Shown here in pieces: positions 31,654 through 41,657 of a stretch of DNA of 64,000 nucleotides. The DNA is from Patescibacteria group bacterium. Its GTDB lineage: Bacteria > Patescibacteriota > Patescibacteriia > 2-01-FULL-39-33. The notes under the pieces are model-generated. The model ran no database searches, was not told where the DNA came from, and saw only the letters and a list, made by a program, of their open reading frames with translations. The position numbers were made by a program, and so were the translations under genes. The first letter of the stretch is position 1, and every line of letters starts with the position of its first letter. The stretch lies in the NCBI GenBank assembly GCA_041649575.1, contig JBAZMW010000001.1, positions 87,944 to 151,943 on the forward strand, written 5' to 3'.

Positions 31654-32055
31654 ATGAACTACAAACAATTCAAGAGAATAAAGGTGTTAATCGCTTCTTT
31701 TATTTCGGCTATGGTGGCGATAGCGGTGGTATTTAATAATATTATTTTGGCTTTAGCCGGAGTATTGATCGGATTACTTTTTCTTTTTTTGGTCAGAAGA
31801 AAAACCAAGGCGGTTTTGGTTGATGAAAGAATTCAAAATATCGGCGGTCGCGCTTCTCGCCTTACTTATGTGATTCTAACCATTACTGTCGCTTTTCTTT
31901 CTTTAGTTTTTATTCTGAGTGGCAGACGAATGGGCGAAGCGAATTACGAAACGCTAGGTATTATCTTAAGCTACATAACTTTATTTAGTCTGGCTCTGTA
32001 TTCGCTCTCTTACAAATATTTCAGCAAAAAATATGGAGAAACTGACGACGAATAA
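31654..32055 (+). CDS. small membrane protein (DUF2178-like), paired with the XRE regulator
   Basis: Four predicted TM helices. The downstream HTH gene overlaps it. Confidence 0.5.
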   Translation: MNYKQFKRIKVLIASFISAMVAIAVVFNNIILALAGVLIGLLFLFLVRRKTKAVLVDERIQNIGGRASRLTYVILTITVAFLSLVFILSGRRMGEANYETLGIILSYITLFSLALYSLSYKYFSKKYGETDDE

Positions 32056-32239
32056 AATCAAGGTTTATCGGGCGATGCGCAATATGACGCAGGAAGAGCT
32101 GGCCGAGGAGGTTGGCGTCACTCGCCAGACTATTATCGCGATTGAAAAAAATAAATATGTGCCGTCCTTGGAGCTGGCTTTCAGGATTACCAGAGTTTTT
32201 AATGAGACAATAGAAAATGTTTTTCAGTATCAAAAATAA
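32033..32239 (+). CDS. XRE-family HTH transcriptional regulator
   Basis: [35 protein letters not shown]. Confidence 0.85.
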   Translation: MEKLTTNKIKVYRAMRNMTQEELAEEVGVTRQTIIAIEKNKYVPSLELAFRITRVFNETIENVFQYQK

Positions 32240-32256
32240 AAATTTAAATTAAAATC

Positions 32257-32667
32257 ATGGGCATTCTTAAAAAAATTGATAAAAATTTGATTGGCTATAT
32301 TATTGGTGTTGGAATTCTTCTTTTTCTTTTTATTTTTTTTATCACTTGCACGCAAATCGGCCATGACGTAAAAAAGCGCTGCGAGCTGGCTCAAAGCAGA
32401 TATGGAGGCGAGTGCGTCGAGGCTTTAATGAGCCAGGTTGCCGACAGCTCCAGTCTATATGGGAAAAACAGTGCCATTTGGGCGTTGGGACAGCTGGGCG
32501 ATAAAAAAGCGCTGCCATTTCTGGAAAGATATGACACACGAGAGCCGTTGCCTGATCGTGGAATTCGCGGAGAATGGAACAAGGGAATCAGCCAGTATGA
32601 ACTGCGCAAAGCCATCAAGCTTTTAAAGAGCGGATTCAATCTCTCGGCTTTTGTCTGGCGTGATTAA
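32257..32667 (+). CDS. membrane-anchored HEAT/PBS-lyase-like repeat protein
   Basis: N-terminal TM helix and an ALGQLGDKKALPFL HEAT-like repeat. Confidence 0.5.
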   Translation: MGILKKIDKNLIGYIIGVGILLFLFIFFITCTQIGHDVKKRCELAQSRYGGECVEALMSQVADSSSLYGKNSAIWALGQLGDKKALPFLERYDTREPLPDRGIRGEWNKGISQYELRKAIKLLKSGFNLSAFVWRD

Positions 32668-32682
32668 TAACCGTAAGGGAAG

Positions 32683-33381
32683 TTGGCCGGCTGGTGTATT
32701 TATGGCCGCTGGTTTTATAGAAGTTTCAATAAATTTATGAAAAATAATTTACCTCCAAGAGAGTTTAGGATTTTAAAAAGGTTAAAAACTCCAGCTAAGA
32801 TCCAAGATTTTTTAAATACCATAAAAATTAATTTTGAAGAGGACGGGGATACCTCTCTATCGCCCATGTCGGTGCTGGAAAGGGGCGTTTGCCATTGCGC
32901 CGAGGGAGCGATTTTGGCGGCGTTGGCTTTGCGCGTCAATGGCTACCCGCCGCTGGTGCTCGACCTCACCGCCAATAAAAACGATTTTGATCACGTGGTG
33001 GCTGTTTTTAAAAAAGACGGGAAGTGGGGAGCGATATCAAAAACCAATCACGCGGTTTTGAGGTATCGGGAACCGGTTTACGGTTCGATTCGGGAATTGG
33101 TCATGAGTTATTTTCACGAATATTTCGACGATCAAGGCCGGAAAAATTTAAGGAGTTTTTCCAGGCCGGTCAACCTCAAAAGATTCGACCGTCGTGGCTG
33201 GATGACAACCAAGGAGGAGGTCGATTATATTATTGAGTATCTGGCTGACGTCAAACACTTTCCTATAATCAACAGAAAACAAATCAGAAACCTGAAGAAA
33301 GCCGACCCGATTGAGATAAAAGCGGGATTATTGGTGGATTGGAAAGAAAAAAATAATCCCATGCCCGAAGGCAGGGATTAA
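32683..33381 (+). CDS. transglutaminase-like cysteine peptidase domain protein
   Basis: GVCHCAEGAILAALALRVNGYPPLV (catalytic Cys) and DHVVAVF...W..I (His/Asp). An alternative start is possible at 32737. Confidence 0.65.
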   Translation: MAGWCIYGRWFYRSFNKFMKNNLPPREFRILKRLKTPAKIQDFLNTIKINFEEDGDTSLSPMSVLERGVCHCAEGAILAALALRVNGYPPLVLDLTANKNDFDHVVAVFKKDGKWGAISKTNHAVLRYREPVYGSIRELVMSYFHEYFDDQGRKNLRSFSRPVNLKRFDRRGWMTTKEEVDYIIEYLADVKHFPIINRKQIRNLKKADPIEIKAGLLVDWKEKNNPMPEGRD

Positions 33382-33420
33382 AGAGGGGACCATGGTGCAA
33401 GCGCGGGTCTGGCAGGCGAG

Positions 33421-33909
33421 CTACTTGGCCGCATCGGGAGGAGAGGCGGCCTCCGGAGGAGGACTGATGTCCAGGTGGCTATAGTGGATGATGCTGTCGG
33501 TCAACCAGAAGCCGGGCAAGAAGTCGGGACCGACATAACCTAATTTCACGGTCAGTGTTCGCGTTTCCTCGTCGACTTGGTAATCGCCGGCGCCTCTGAC
33601 GATTATCTCCAGGCGTTGAGGCTGGGGATCTTCTGGCGGCAACGCGGTCCAGATTGTCAGCCAGGTCTTCGCCTGGACGGCGCCGGCAACGGATTTCAGA
33701 GCCAGTTTTGTCTCTCTTGCGGAGGGAGCGTAGTTGGGACCCAGTTTGCCGCACTCCTCGTCGGTCAGAGCCTCGCCCTTGACCATCTTCTCCCTTATGG
33801 GCTTGGTTTGATCGACAAGGAAAGTGCTCGCGGCCAACCAAGCAATTACAGCCAGGAACATCACCACCACCAGCAGTTCGAGCAGTGTAATGCCACTCTT
33901 CTCGTTCAT
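33421..33909 (-). CDS. prepilin-type N-terminal cleavage/methylation domain protein (orphan, GC-rich)
   Basis: GITLLELLVVVMFLAVIAW N-terminus. GC is ~58%, against flanks below 40%. An AGGAGA RBS is present. Confidence 0.65.
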   Translation of the reverse strand: MNEKSGITLLELLVVVMFLAVIAWLAASTFLVDQTKPIREKMVKGEALTDEECGKLGPNYAPSARETKLALKSVAGAVQAKTWLTIWTALPPEDPQPQRLEIIVRGAGDYQVDEETRTLTVKLGYVGPDFLPGFWLTDSIIHYSHLDISPPPEAASPPDAAK

Positions 33910-34035
33910 TAGAGTTCTCCTGTTGAAGGTTCGTTTTTGTGTGCTGGATTTAAGCTATAATAAATAATCGAATTTGTCAAAGGATGGTTTTTTTAGTAAA
34001 ATAAAAAGACCATTTATTTTATTAAAGCTTCTGGC

Positions 34036-34782
34036 ATGACGGTCTTATTTTATTCAATAATCAGCGTTTTACTTATTAGTCTGGTCTCTTTGGTGGGAGT
34101 CGCGGCTTTCTTTTTCAAAGAGAGAGTTTTAAACAGAATTCTGCTTTTTTTCATTTCTTTTTCCGCCGGCAGCTTGATGGGCGGGGCCTTTTTCCACCTG
34201 CTGCCGGAAGTTCTGGACGAGGGCGTTCGGCCGCTAGAAATTTTTGTTTATGTGCTGGTCGGTTTCTCTTTATTTTTTATTTTGGAAAAATTTCTACGCT
34301 GGCGCCACTGCCATGACAGCGACTGCGCCAAACACCATCATTTGGGTTGGATGAACCTGATCGGTGACGGTGTCCACAATCTGATTGATGGCCTGATAGT
34401 TTTTTCCGCTTTTACACTGGGGCCGCAACTGGGCGTACCGGTAATGGTTTCCATAATTTTGCACGAAGTGCCGCAGGAGTTCAGCGATTTTGGAGTTTTG
34501 GTTTATTCCGGTTTCAGCCGCTTGAGAGCGCTGGCCTACAATTTACTTTCGGCTTTAGCAAGTGTCTTAGGAGTTTTTATAGCTTATTTTTTGGTTGGCC
34601 TTGATCAGTCGATCAACGATTTGCTTTTGCCGCTGGCCGCCGGCGGGTTTATTTATATTGCCGCTTCCGATCTCATTCCCGAACTCCACAAAGAAAGAAA
34701 ATTTTTCAACTCCCTGGTTTCTTTTTTATTTTTTTTATTGGCCTTGATTTTTATGTTCGCCATTAAGTTTCTACTGGAGTAG
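34036..34782 (+). CDS. ZIP-family metal (zinc) transporter
   Basis: HEVPQEFSDFGVL and a histidine-rich loop (HCHDSDCAKHHH). Confidence 0.85.
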   Translation: MTVLFYSIISVLLISLVSLVGVAAFFFKERVLNRILLFFISFSAGSLMGGAFFHLLPEVLDEGVRPLEIFVYVLVGFSLFFILEKFLRWRHCHDSDCAKHHHLGWMNLIGDGVHNLIDGLIVFSAFTLGPQLGVPVMVSIILHEVPQEFSDFGVLVYSGFSRLRALAYNLLSALASVLGVFIAYFLVGLDQSINDLLLPLAAGGFIYIAASDLIPELHKERKFFNSLVSFLFFLLALIFMFAIKFLLE

Positions 34783-34804
34783 TCATTTAATCAGCAATAT
34801 AGTT

Positions 34805-35071
34805 ATGAAAATTCTAAGAATTACCGCCAGCTGGTGCCCGGAATGCGCTATTATGGGATTTCGTTGGCAAGAAATAAAAAAAGAATTTCCGCAATTAGCC
34901 ATTGAGGAGGTTGATTTTGATAAGCAGCAGGAGCTAAAGCAAAAATATCAGATTGATAAAGCCTCGACTTTTATTTTTTTTGATCAGCAGGGGCAGGAAT
35001 TATTAAGAAGGCATGGTTTATTGGAAACAAAGGAGTTAATTCAACTTATTAAAGAAAATCAAAATAAATAG
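34805..35071 (+). CDS. small thioredoxin-fold protein
   Basis: WCPEC redox motif, 88 aa. Confidence 0.65.
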   Translation: MKILRITASWCPECAIMGFRWQEIKKEFPQLAIEEVDFDKQQELKQKYQIDKASTFIFFDQQGQELLRRHGLLETKELIQLIKENQNK

Positions 35072-35074
35072 GTT

Positions 35075-36274
35075 ATGACTATAAAAAAAATAATTAGACC
35101 GGTTTTGCTGGTGATTTTATCGGTTTTGGTGGCTGGTTTTTGCCTGGGAGTCGCCAGCCAGCCGGCCAGAGCCGAAGCCGCGGAAGTCAACCTTTTCTAT
35201 AGTCCGACCTGTCCGCACTGCACCAAGGAAAGGGCTTTTTTGGATGTGATAGAAAACAAATACCCGCAGATAAAGGTGAACCGCTTTAATGTCACCGAGG
35301 CGGGCAGTGTTGATAAGTTGAAGGAGTTTTACGGCAAATATAAAGTGCCAGAAGATTCCTGGGGGTTGGTGCCGGTGACTTTTATCGCCGATAAGTTTTT
35401 CTTGGGTTTTAGCGACAGCACGGCCAAAGAAATCGAGAACTGTCTGACCGATCTGTGCCAGGTCGATATCAGCGCCGGCGGTGCAACCGGCGACAGCTTT
35501 ACCCGTTGGTTGTCCCTGCCGTTTGGCAAACAAATTGACGTTTCCAAATTCTCGCCCCTAACCCTAAGTATCGTAGTGGGGTTTCTGGATGGTTTTAATG
35601 TTTGCTCTATGATGGCCCTGATTTTTTTATTGACGGCCATGGCCTCAACCGGCCGCCGGCGAAAAGTGATTTTGGTGGGAGGTGTTTTTATTCTGGTTTC
35701 CGGCTTAATTTATTTTTTGTTTATCTCGGCTTGGCTGAATTTATTTTTATTCTTGGGCTACATTAAGATAATTACTGTCGGCGTAGCGGTGTTGATTATA
35801 ATTTTTGCCGCCCTGCTGCTAAAGGAATATTTCGCCAATATCATTTGCAAGCTTTGCGATGTCAAGGAAGAAAAAGAAAGTTTTTTTGTTAAGGCGCAAA
35901 AAAGGCTGTTCACGCAGATGATCAAGCTTTCGGCCGCCGAAATGCCTTTGATTTTAACGCTGTTAGGAGTGGCTTTGGTGGCCATTGGCGTTAATACTAT
36001 CGAGCTGATGTGTTCCCTGGGTTTTCCCATGGCTTACACTAAGATCTTAGCCGGCCATCACCTGGCCACGGCAGCCTATTATTTTTATCTTTTTATCTAC
36101 ATTTTCTTTTACATGTTGATCGAATTTGTCATTTTTTTGGCGGCGGTGGTGACGCTAAGAGTTGTCAGCTTGTCGGATAAATATTTCAAAGCGATTAAAC
36201 TGGTCAGCGGTATAATTTTATTACTGCTGGGCCTGGCCATGTTGTTTAGGCCGGAGCTGTTGAATTTTGGCTAA
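35075..36274 (+). CDS. DsbD-like fusion: signal peptide, thioredoxin domain (CPHC) and CcdA-like membrane domain
   Basis: Signal peptide with AxA cleavage, YSPTCPHC, a Cys in TM (FNVCSMM) and IELMCSLGFP as in CcdA, plus a loop CKLC. Confidence 0.6.
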   Translation: MTIKKIIRPVLLVILSVLVAGFCLGVASQPARAEAAEVNLFYSPTCPHCTKERAFLDVIENKYPQIKVNRFNVTEAGSVDKLKEFYGKYKVPEDSWGLVPVTFIADKFFLGFSDSTAKEIENCLTDLCQVDISAGGATGDSFTRWLSLPFGKQIDVSKFSPLTLSIVVGFLDGFNVCSMMALIFLLTAMASTGRRRKVILVGGVFILVSGLIYFLFISAWLNLFLFLGYIKIITVGVAVLIIIFAALLLKEYFANIICKLCDVKEEKESFFVKAQKRLFTQMIKLSAAEMPLILTLLGVALVAIGVNTIELMCSLGFPMAYTKILAGHHLATAAYYFYLFIYIFFYMLIEFVIFLAAVVTLRVVSLSDKYFKAIKLVSGIILLLLGLAMLFRPELLNFG

Positions 36275-36367
36275 TTTGGCCGGCTGGAAAAGTAACTTGA
36301 TTGTTTTTTGATTTTTTTTGTAGTAAAATTAATAATGAATTAATTAAGATAAAAATAACCCAAATTT

Positions 36368-37300
36368 ATGTTTAACTCCTTGAAAAAGAAAAAAAATTCG
36401 TCCAAAGAGGAAGAAGGCCACAAGAAAAAAACGGAGAGTAATTTCGCCGTGGGCATAGCGGTGGGCGTGGTGGTAGCCGTGATCATTTTGGCGATTATCG
36501 GCGCTTTAGTTTTTGTGGTAGCCCAAAAAGGCAAACTTGGCAAAAAAACTGGAGATGGTTTGACCAACACCAATCAGGCGGCCAGCGCAGCGGAAAAGGC
36601 TAAATTAAGGATCACCATCGTTACCTCTAAAAATTGCCAAGAATGTTTTGATATTAATTTATTACTCCAGGCTTTGCGGCAGAACAACATAGAAGAAAAA
36701 GGCACGGAAACTTTGTATATCGAGGACAACGCCACTAAGACCCTGCTCGACAAATATAAAATCACCAAAATCCCGACAGTTTTAATCGCCGGCGAGCTAG
36801 ATAAAAACCCCAATCTAAAAAGCGCCTGGCCGCAACTGGGAGAGATTATCGATGGCGTTTTTGTCTTTAGGGAAATCATCCCTCCTTATATAGAAGTTGC
36901 CACGGGACAAGTCAGGGGTAAATTTTCCGTCATTTTTCTAACCGATAAGAGTTGTGATAAGTGTTACGATATCAATCTGCACAATACGGCCTTGACCAAT
37001 TTGGGCATGAAACCGTCCGAGACCAAAACAATAGATGTTGCCAGTGATGAGGGGAAGGCGCTGGTCAAAGAATATGGAATTAAGGCTGTTCCCACAATTC
37101 TCCTGCAGGGTGAGCTAAGTGAATACCAGAATTTGAGTCAGGTCTGGCCGACTGTTGGCACGGTGGCCGAAGATGGCACTTATATTTTTACCAAAATGGA
37201 CGAGATGGGGACTTATAAGGATTTGACCAAAGGCAAGGTGGTGGAAGTCAAGCCGCAATCGGCAACGACCGATCAGACAGCGACTCCAGTTAGTCAATAG
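36368..37300 (+). CDS. membrane-anchored protein with two tandem thioredoxin-fold repeats
   Basis: There are two homologous ~100 aa repeats. Each has CxxC (CQEC, CDKC) and a cis-Pro (IPTVL, VPTIL). Confidence 0.6.
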   Translation: MFNSLKKKKNSSKEEEGHKKKTESNFAVGIAVGVVVAVIILAIIGALVFVVAQKGKLGKKTGDGLTNTNQAASAAEKAKLRITIVTSKNCQECFDINLLLQALRQNNIEEKGTETLYIEDNATKTLLDKYKITKIPTVLIAGELDKNPNLKSAWPQLGEIIDGVFVFREIIPPYIEVATGQVRGKFSVIFLTDKSCDKCYDINLHNTALTNLGMKPSETKTIDVASDEGKALVKEYGIKAVPTILLQGELSEYQNLSQVWPTVGTVAEDGTYIFTKMDEMGTYKDLTKGKVVEVKPQSATTDQTATPVSQ

Positions 37301-37316
37301 AAATTACTATAAAAAA

Positions 37317-37346
37317 TTCATCCTGCTAATCGGGATGAATTTTTTT
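37317..37346. terminator. bidirectional rho-independent terminator
   Basis: TTCATCCTG / CGGGATGAA stem flanked by an A-run and a T-run, between convergent genes. Confidence 0.7.
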
Positions 37347-37375
37347 GTGGTTTAAGCAAATATTGAAAATCACCA

Positions 37376-37945
37376 TTATTTAAGAATGGTCACATCTTTA
37401 GGCAGTTTTTCTATAATGATATTTAAATCAAGCGCAGAATATTTATTGCCAGAAAGATTAAGCGTTTTGAGATTTTTTAAATTTCCCAACTCATAAGGAA
37501 GGCCCGTCAGCTGGTTGTTTGATAAATCTAATATTTGTAAATTTTGCAATTGGCCGATTTCTGCGGGAACACCAGTCATAAGATTATTACTGACGTTGAG
37601 CACCTTGAGATTTGACAGATGTCTAATCTCGGCCTGAATTGCTCCAGTAAGCTGGTTGTTAGATAAGTTTAATTCTTCTAAATTTGTCTGGCTAAAGACG
37701 TAATCGGGAACCTTTGTCAGTTGTTGATTGCTCAAATCCAGCTTGTTTTTTCCCGATAATGGCGACCCGTTATTGACGGGTAGGTTTGAATTGGTATTTG
37801 TTTGATTGGGTTGTCCCGACAAGGTACAGCCACTTAACAGTATGCTAGCGGCGATGACTAATAGAATTTTGTGCTTCATTTGTTTTAAATTAGGGTTAAT
37901 TAAAGTTAATCTTGTTATGTTACCAAAGAGGGTATGATTTTGCAA
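37376..37945 (-). CDS. leucine-rich repeat lipoprotein
   Basis: Lipobox LLSGC and repeated LxxLxLSNNQLTG LRR units. Confidence 0.75.
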   Translation of the reverse strand: MQNHTLFGNITRLTLINPNLKQMKHKILLVIAASILLSGCTLSGQPNQTNTNSNLPVNNGSPLSGKNKLDLSNQQLTKVPDYVFSQTNLEELNLSNNQLTGAIQAEIRHLSNLKVLNVSNNLMTGVPAEIGQLQNLQILDLSNNQLTGLPYELGNLKNLKTLNLSGNKYSALDLNIIIEKLPKDVTILK

Positions 37946-38071
37946 ACCAAGTGCAGGGTTTTACCAGGGCAGGCATTTCGAAAAGGGATGTCTTTTGCCG
38001 GTTCTCCACCATAAAATAAAAACTATTTTCAAGTTGCGTTTTTCTCCCTAAAATAGTATAATTCAGGCGTT

Positions 38072-38752
38072 ATGAAATTATATATCGTAGCCACGCCCCT
38101 TGGCAATTTGGGAGACATTACTTTAAGAGCGCTGGAAATTTTAAAGTCGGTACCACTGATTTTATGCGAAGACACACGTGTTTCGCAAAAGCTTTTGGAA
38201 CATTTTCAAATAAAATCAAGACTGATTTCCTACCATCAGCACAGCGGTCCGGCCAAGGTAGGGCAGATAATTAGTTTACTGGAAGAAAAAGGTGAAGCGG
38301 CTTTAATCACCGATGCCGGCACGCCGGGCATTTCCGATCCAGGCAATCAACTGATAGCCAGGTTGATCGCGAGTGAAGTAAACGATTGGGAAATTATTTC
38401 GATTCCCGGAGCTTCGGCCCTAACGGCCGCCTTATCGATCTCCGGCTTGCCGACAGACAAATTTTTATTTCTGGGTTTTCTGCCGCACAAAAAAGGCAAG
38501 GAGACGACCCTAAAGAGAATTGCCGAGAGCGAAGAAACAGTGGTTTTCTACGAATCAACACATAGAATTATCAAAACTTTAGAAAAATTAGCGGAATATT
38601 TGGACAAAAAAAGAAAGGTAATCGTCTGCCGCGAGCTGACCAAAAAATTTGAAACCGTTTATCGCGGCAGTATCAATCAGGTTTTGGAAAAATTGAAAGC
38701 CGATGTCACCAAAGGAGAATTTGTCGTGGTGGTCGGCGGGAAGCGGTTTTAA
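38072..38752 (+). CDS. rsmI: 16S rRNA (cytidine1402-2'-O)-methyltransferase
   Basis: Tetrapyrrole-methylase fold, MKLYIVATPLGNLGDITLRALEIL...LCEDTR. Confidence 0.88.
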   Translation: MKLYIVATPLGNLGDITLRALEILKSVPLILCEDTRVSQKLLEHFQIKSRLISYHQHSGPAKVGQIISLLEEKGEAALITDAGTPGISDPGNQLIARLIASEVNDWEIISIPGASALTAALSISGLPTDKFLFLGFLPHKKGKETTLKRIAESEETVVFYESTHRIIKTLEKLAEYLDKKRKVIVCRELTKKFETVYRGSINQVLEKLKADVTKGEFVVVVGGKRF

Positions 38753-38791
38753 AATCAAAAAACTGATTATCGTTTGAGAATTAATATTGAT

Positions 38792-40297
38792 ATGTCAAAA
38801 TTTTACATCACAACACCCATCTACTACGTAAACGACAAGCCGCATATCGGTCATGCTTACACCACGATTTCGGCTGATGTTTTGGCGCGTTATCACCGTC
38901 TGAAAGGCGAGGAGGTTTTCTTTTTGACCGGTACCGATGAGCATGGCTCGAAAGTGGCCCAATCAGCCAGAGCGGCCGAGATGACACCGCAGGAGTTTTG
39001 CGACCTGAATGCGGCCAAATTTCAACTTCTCTGGGATCGTCTGGATATTACCAATGATTTTTTTATTCGCACCACCAGCCAGGAACATCAAACCAGAGTA
39101 AAGAAATTTTTGGAGAAATTAAAAGACAAGGGCGCTCTTTACGAAGGCGAGTACGCCGGACTCTATTGCACCGGCTGCGAAAAATTCATCACCGAAAAAG
39201 AATTGGTTAACGGCAAATGTCCCGACCACAACATCGAGCCGGAAATATTAAAGGAAAAAAATTATTTTTTCAAATTAAAGGAATATTTGCCTGAAGTGGA
39301 AAAATTAATCGACAAAGGAGAACTTAAAATTTTGCCCCAAAGCCGGCACAAGGAAGTATTGGGGCTGATTAAGCAGGGGTTGGAAGATTTTTCTATTTCT
39401 CGCGAAAGCGTTAAGTGGGGGATAGATTTGCCTTTTGCCAAGGGGCAGGTGGTTTATGTCTGGGTGGAAGCGCTTTTAAACTATATTACCGCCTTGGGTT
39501 ATGGAGAAGCTGGCGACGATTTTAAGAAGTTTTGGCCGGCGGATGTCCATCTAATGGCTAAAGATATTATTAAATTCCATGCCTTGTATTGGCCGGCGCT
39601 CTTGTTGGCGGCCGGTGAACAGCCGCCCAAAGTGATTTTTGCCCATGGGTTTTTCACAGTCGATGGACAAAAAATGAGCAAAACACTGGGCAATACCATC
39701 GACCCGGACGCTTTGATTGATGAATTTGGAAGTGATGCGGTGCGCTATTTACTGCTGTCACAATTTCCTTTCGGGATTGATGGCGACGTCAAGGCTGGCA
39801 ATTTTGCCATTCAATACAACGCCGATTTGGCTAACGGCGTTGGCAATTTGGTCAGCCGGGTGCTGGCAATGACAGAAAAATATTTTTTTGGCCTGGTTCC
39901 CAAGACCCAGGAAAACGAGCTGGCTGAAAAGACAGACATAATTTGGCAAGAATACGAAGCGGCCATGGAAAATTTTGGCCTTGATAAGGCGGTGGAAACT
40001 ATTAAAAAACTTAATTCCCTGGCTGATGGTTATATCGAAAAAAATCAGCCTTGGTCTTTGGCCAAGACTGATTCGGAAAAGCTGGAGACAATCATTTATT
40101 CTTTACTAGAGACTATTAGGCAGTTGGCAGTGATGATTTATCCATTAATGCCCAATACCGCCGAAAAGATTTTTTCTGGCTTAGGCCTGGGTGATTGGAA
40201 AAAACTCGCTTTTAGTGAGTTAAGGGCGAGCCGGATGCTGGCGCCGGGAACCAAAGTGAATAAAGGCGAACCGCTTTTCCCACGATTGGAGAAATAA
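38792..40297 (+). CDS. metG: methionine-tRNA ligase
   Basis: HIGH motif PHIGHAYT, KMSKS motif KMSKTLGN, zinc knuckle CTGCEKF...CPDH. Confidence 0.93.
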   Translation: MSKFYITTPIYYVNDKPHIGHAYTTISADVLARYHRLKGEEVFFLTGTDEHGSKVAQSARAAEMTPQEFCDLNAAKFQLLWDRLDITNDFFIRTTSQEHQTRVKKFLEKLKDKGALYEGEYAGLYCTGCEKFITEKELVNGKCPDHNIEPEILKEKNYFFKLKEYLPEVEKLIDKGELKILPQSRHKEVLGLIKQGLEDFSISRESVKWGIDLPFAKGQVVYVWVEALLNYITALGYGEAGDDFKKFWPADVHLMAKDIIKFHALYWPALLLAAGEQPPKVIFAHGFFTVDGQKMSKTLGNTIDPDALIDEFGSDAVRYLLLSQFPFGIDGDVKAGNFAIQYNADLANGVGNLVSRVLAMTEKYFFGLVPKTQENELAEKTDIIWQEYEAAMENFGLDKAVETIKKLNSLADGYIEKNQPWSLAKTDSEKLETIIYSLLETIRQLAVMIYPLMPNTAEKIFSGLGLGDWKKLAFSELRASRMLAPGTKVNKGEPLFPRLEK

Positions 40298-40323
40298 TTG
40301 ATTTAATAATAAATTAACAAGGG

Positions 40324-40815
40324 ATGATTTTTACCTTGATCGACGTGATTTTGGTGGTGGTAGTGGTGGTTTTTGCCGTGATCGGGCTGATGATGGGACT
40401 GATAGAGGCGATAGGTGCTTTAATAGGAGTGATCGCTGGCGCTTGGCTGGCCAGTAATTATTTTTTGAATGTCGCCGATTGGCTGACGCCGATTCTGCTA
40501 GGCCACTCTGGCGCGGCTAAAATCATTGCTTTTTTGGTGATTTTTATTATCGTCAACAGATTAGTGGGATTGATTTTTTGGCTGTTAAGTCGTTTTTTGA
40601 AACTACTCTCGATAATTCCTTTCTTAAAGTCGATTAATAAAATAGGCGGTTTCATTTTGGGTTTGGGTGAAGGCGTTTTGGCGACCGGACTGATGGTTTA
40701 TGTTATCGTAAAGTTTTTGCCGGATCAGTCGGCGCTATTGGCCGGCTTCAATGGTTCAAGAGTCGCCCACTTGCTGGTTTGGGCCACGCAATTTCTCACT
40801 AATTTAATGCCCTGA
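40324..40815 (+). CDS. cvpA: CvpA-family membrane protein
   Basis: N-terminal IDVILVVVVVVFAVIGLMMGLIEAIGALIG and four TM helices. Confidence 0.7.
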   Translation: MIFTLIDVILVVVVVVFAVIGLMMGLIEAIGALIGVIAGAWLASNYFLNVADWLTPILLGHSGAAKIIAFLVIFIIVNRLVGLIFWLLSRFLKLLSIIPFLKSINKIGGFILGLGEGVLATGLMVYVIVKFLPDQSALLAGFNGSRVAHLLVWATQFLTNLMP

Positions 40816-41648
40816 TGCTGGTAGATTCTCACGCCCATTTAAATTTTAAGGCCTTTGATGATGATTTGGAAGAGGTAGTCGGCCGTTGCCGCAATCGAGA
40901 GATGAAGGTCGTCAATGTGGGCTCACAATTTATTACCTCCCTGAAAGCCATTAAGATCGCTAAGGATTATGATGGTTTTTTTGCAGCCGTTGGCATTCAT
41001 CCGATCCATTTAGGAGAACATAGTCAAGACCAATTAGAGGAAGCGCAGCAGCAAGAAACGGCCAGCGCCGGAGAAGAGTTTGCCAAAATAAGAGAGTTGG
41101 TCAAGGAAAAAAAGGTGATAGCTGTCGGCGAGACTGGCCTGGATTATTTCCGGCTGGCTGGTGATAAGGAAAAAACCAAAGAATTGCAAAGGGAGTATTT
41201 TATCAAACACCTTGAACTGGCCAAGGAAAACAAACTGCCGGTAATCTTGCATTGTCGTGGCAGCGAGGATAGCCCCAGAGACGCCTATAAAGAGGTTTTG
41301 GAGATTATCAAAGGCAGAGAGCCAAGGGGCGTGCTTCATTGCTTTGGAGCCGATTGGGAAACGGCCAGCGAGTTTGTGGCTCGGGGAATACTGGTGGGTT
41401 TTACGGGCATTGTCACTTTCAAAAAAAAGGCGGAAGAGTTGCAAGAGGTAGCCCGGCGGGTACCCTTAAAAAATATTTTAATTGAAACCGACTCTCCCTA
41501 TTTGGCTCCCGAACCGCATCGGGGCGAGCGTAATGAGCCGGTTTATGTGGAAGATGTGGCCCGAAAGATCGCCGAACTCAGAGAATTAGATTTGGAAGAA
41601 GTGATAAGTGTTACGGCAAAAAATGCCCAGGAATTATTTAATATCTAA
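40815..41648 (+). CDS. tatD: TatD-family metal-dependent DNase/hydrolase
   Basis: MLVDSHAHLNF, VAVGETGLDY, HCF, and ETDSPYLAP. Confidence 0.9.
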   Translation: MLVDSHAHLNFKAFDDDLEEVVGRCRNREMKVVNVGSQFITSLKAIKIAKDYDGFFAAVGIHPIHLGEHSQDQLEEAQQQETASAGEEFAKIRELVKEKKVIAVGETGLDYFRLAGDKEKTKELQREYFIKHLELAKENKLPVILHCRGSEDSPRDAYKEVLEIIKGREPRGVLHCFGADWETASEFVARGILVGFTGIVTFKKKAEELQEVARRVPLKNILIETDSPYLAPEPHRGERNEPVYVEDVARKIAELRELDLEEVISVTAKNAQELFNI

Positions 41649-41657
41649 ACTGCCGAG

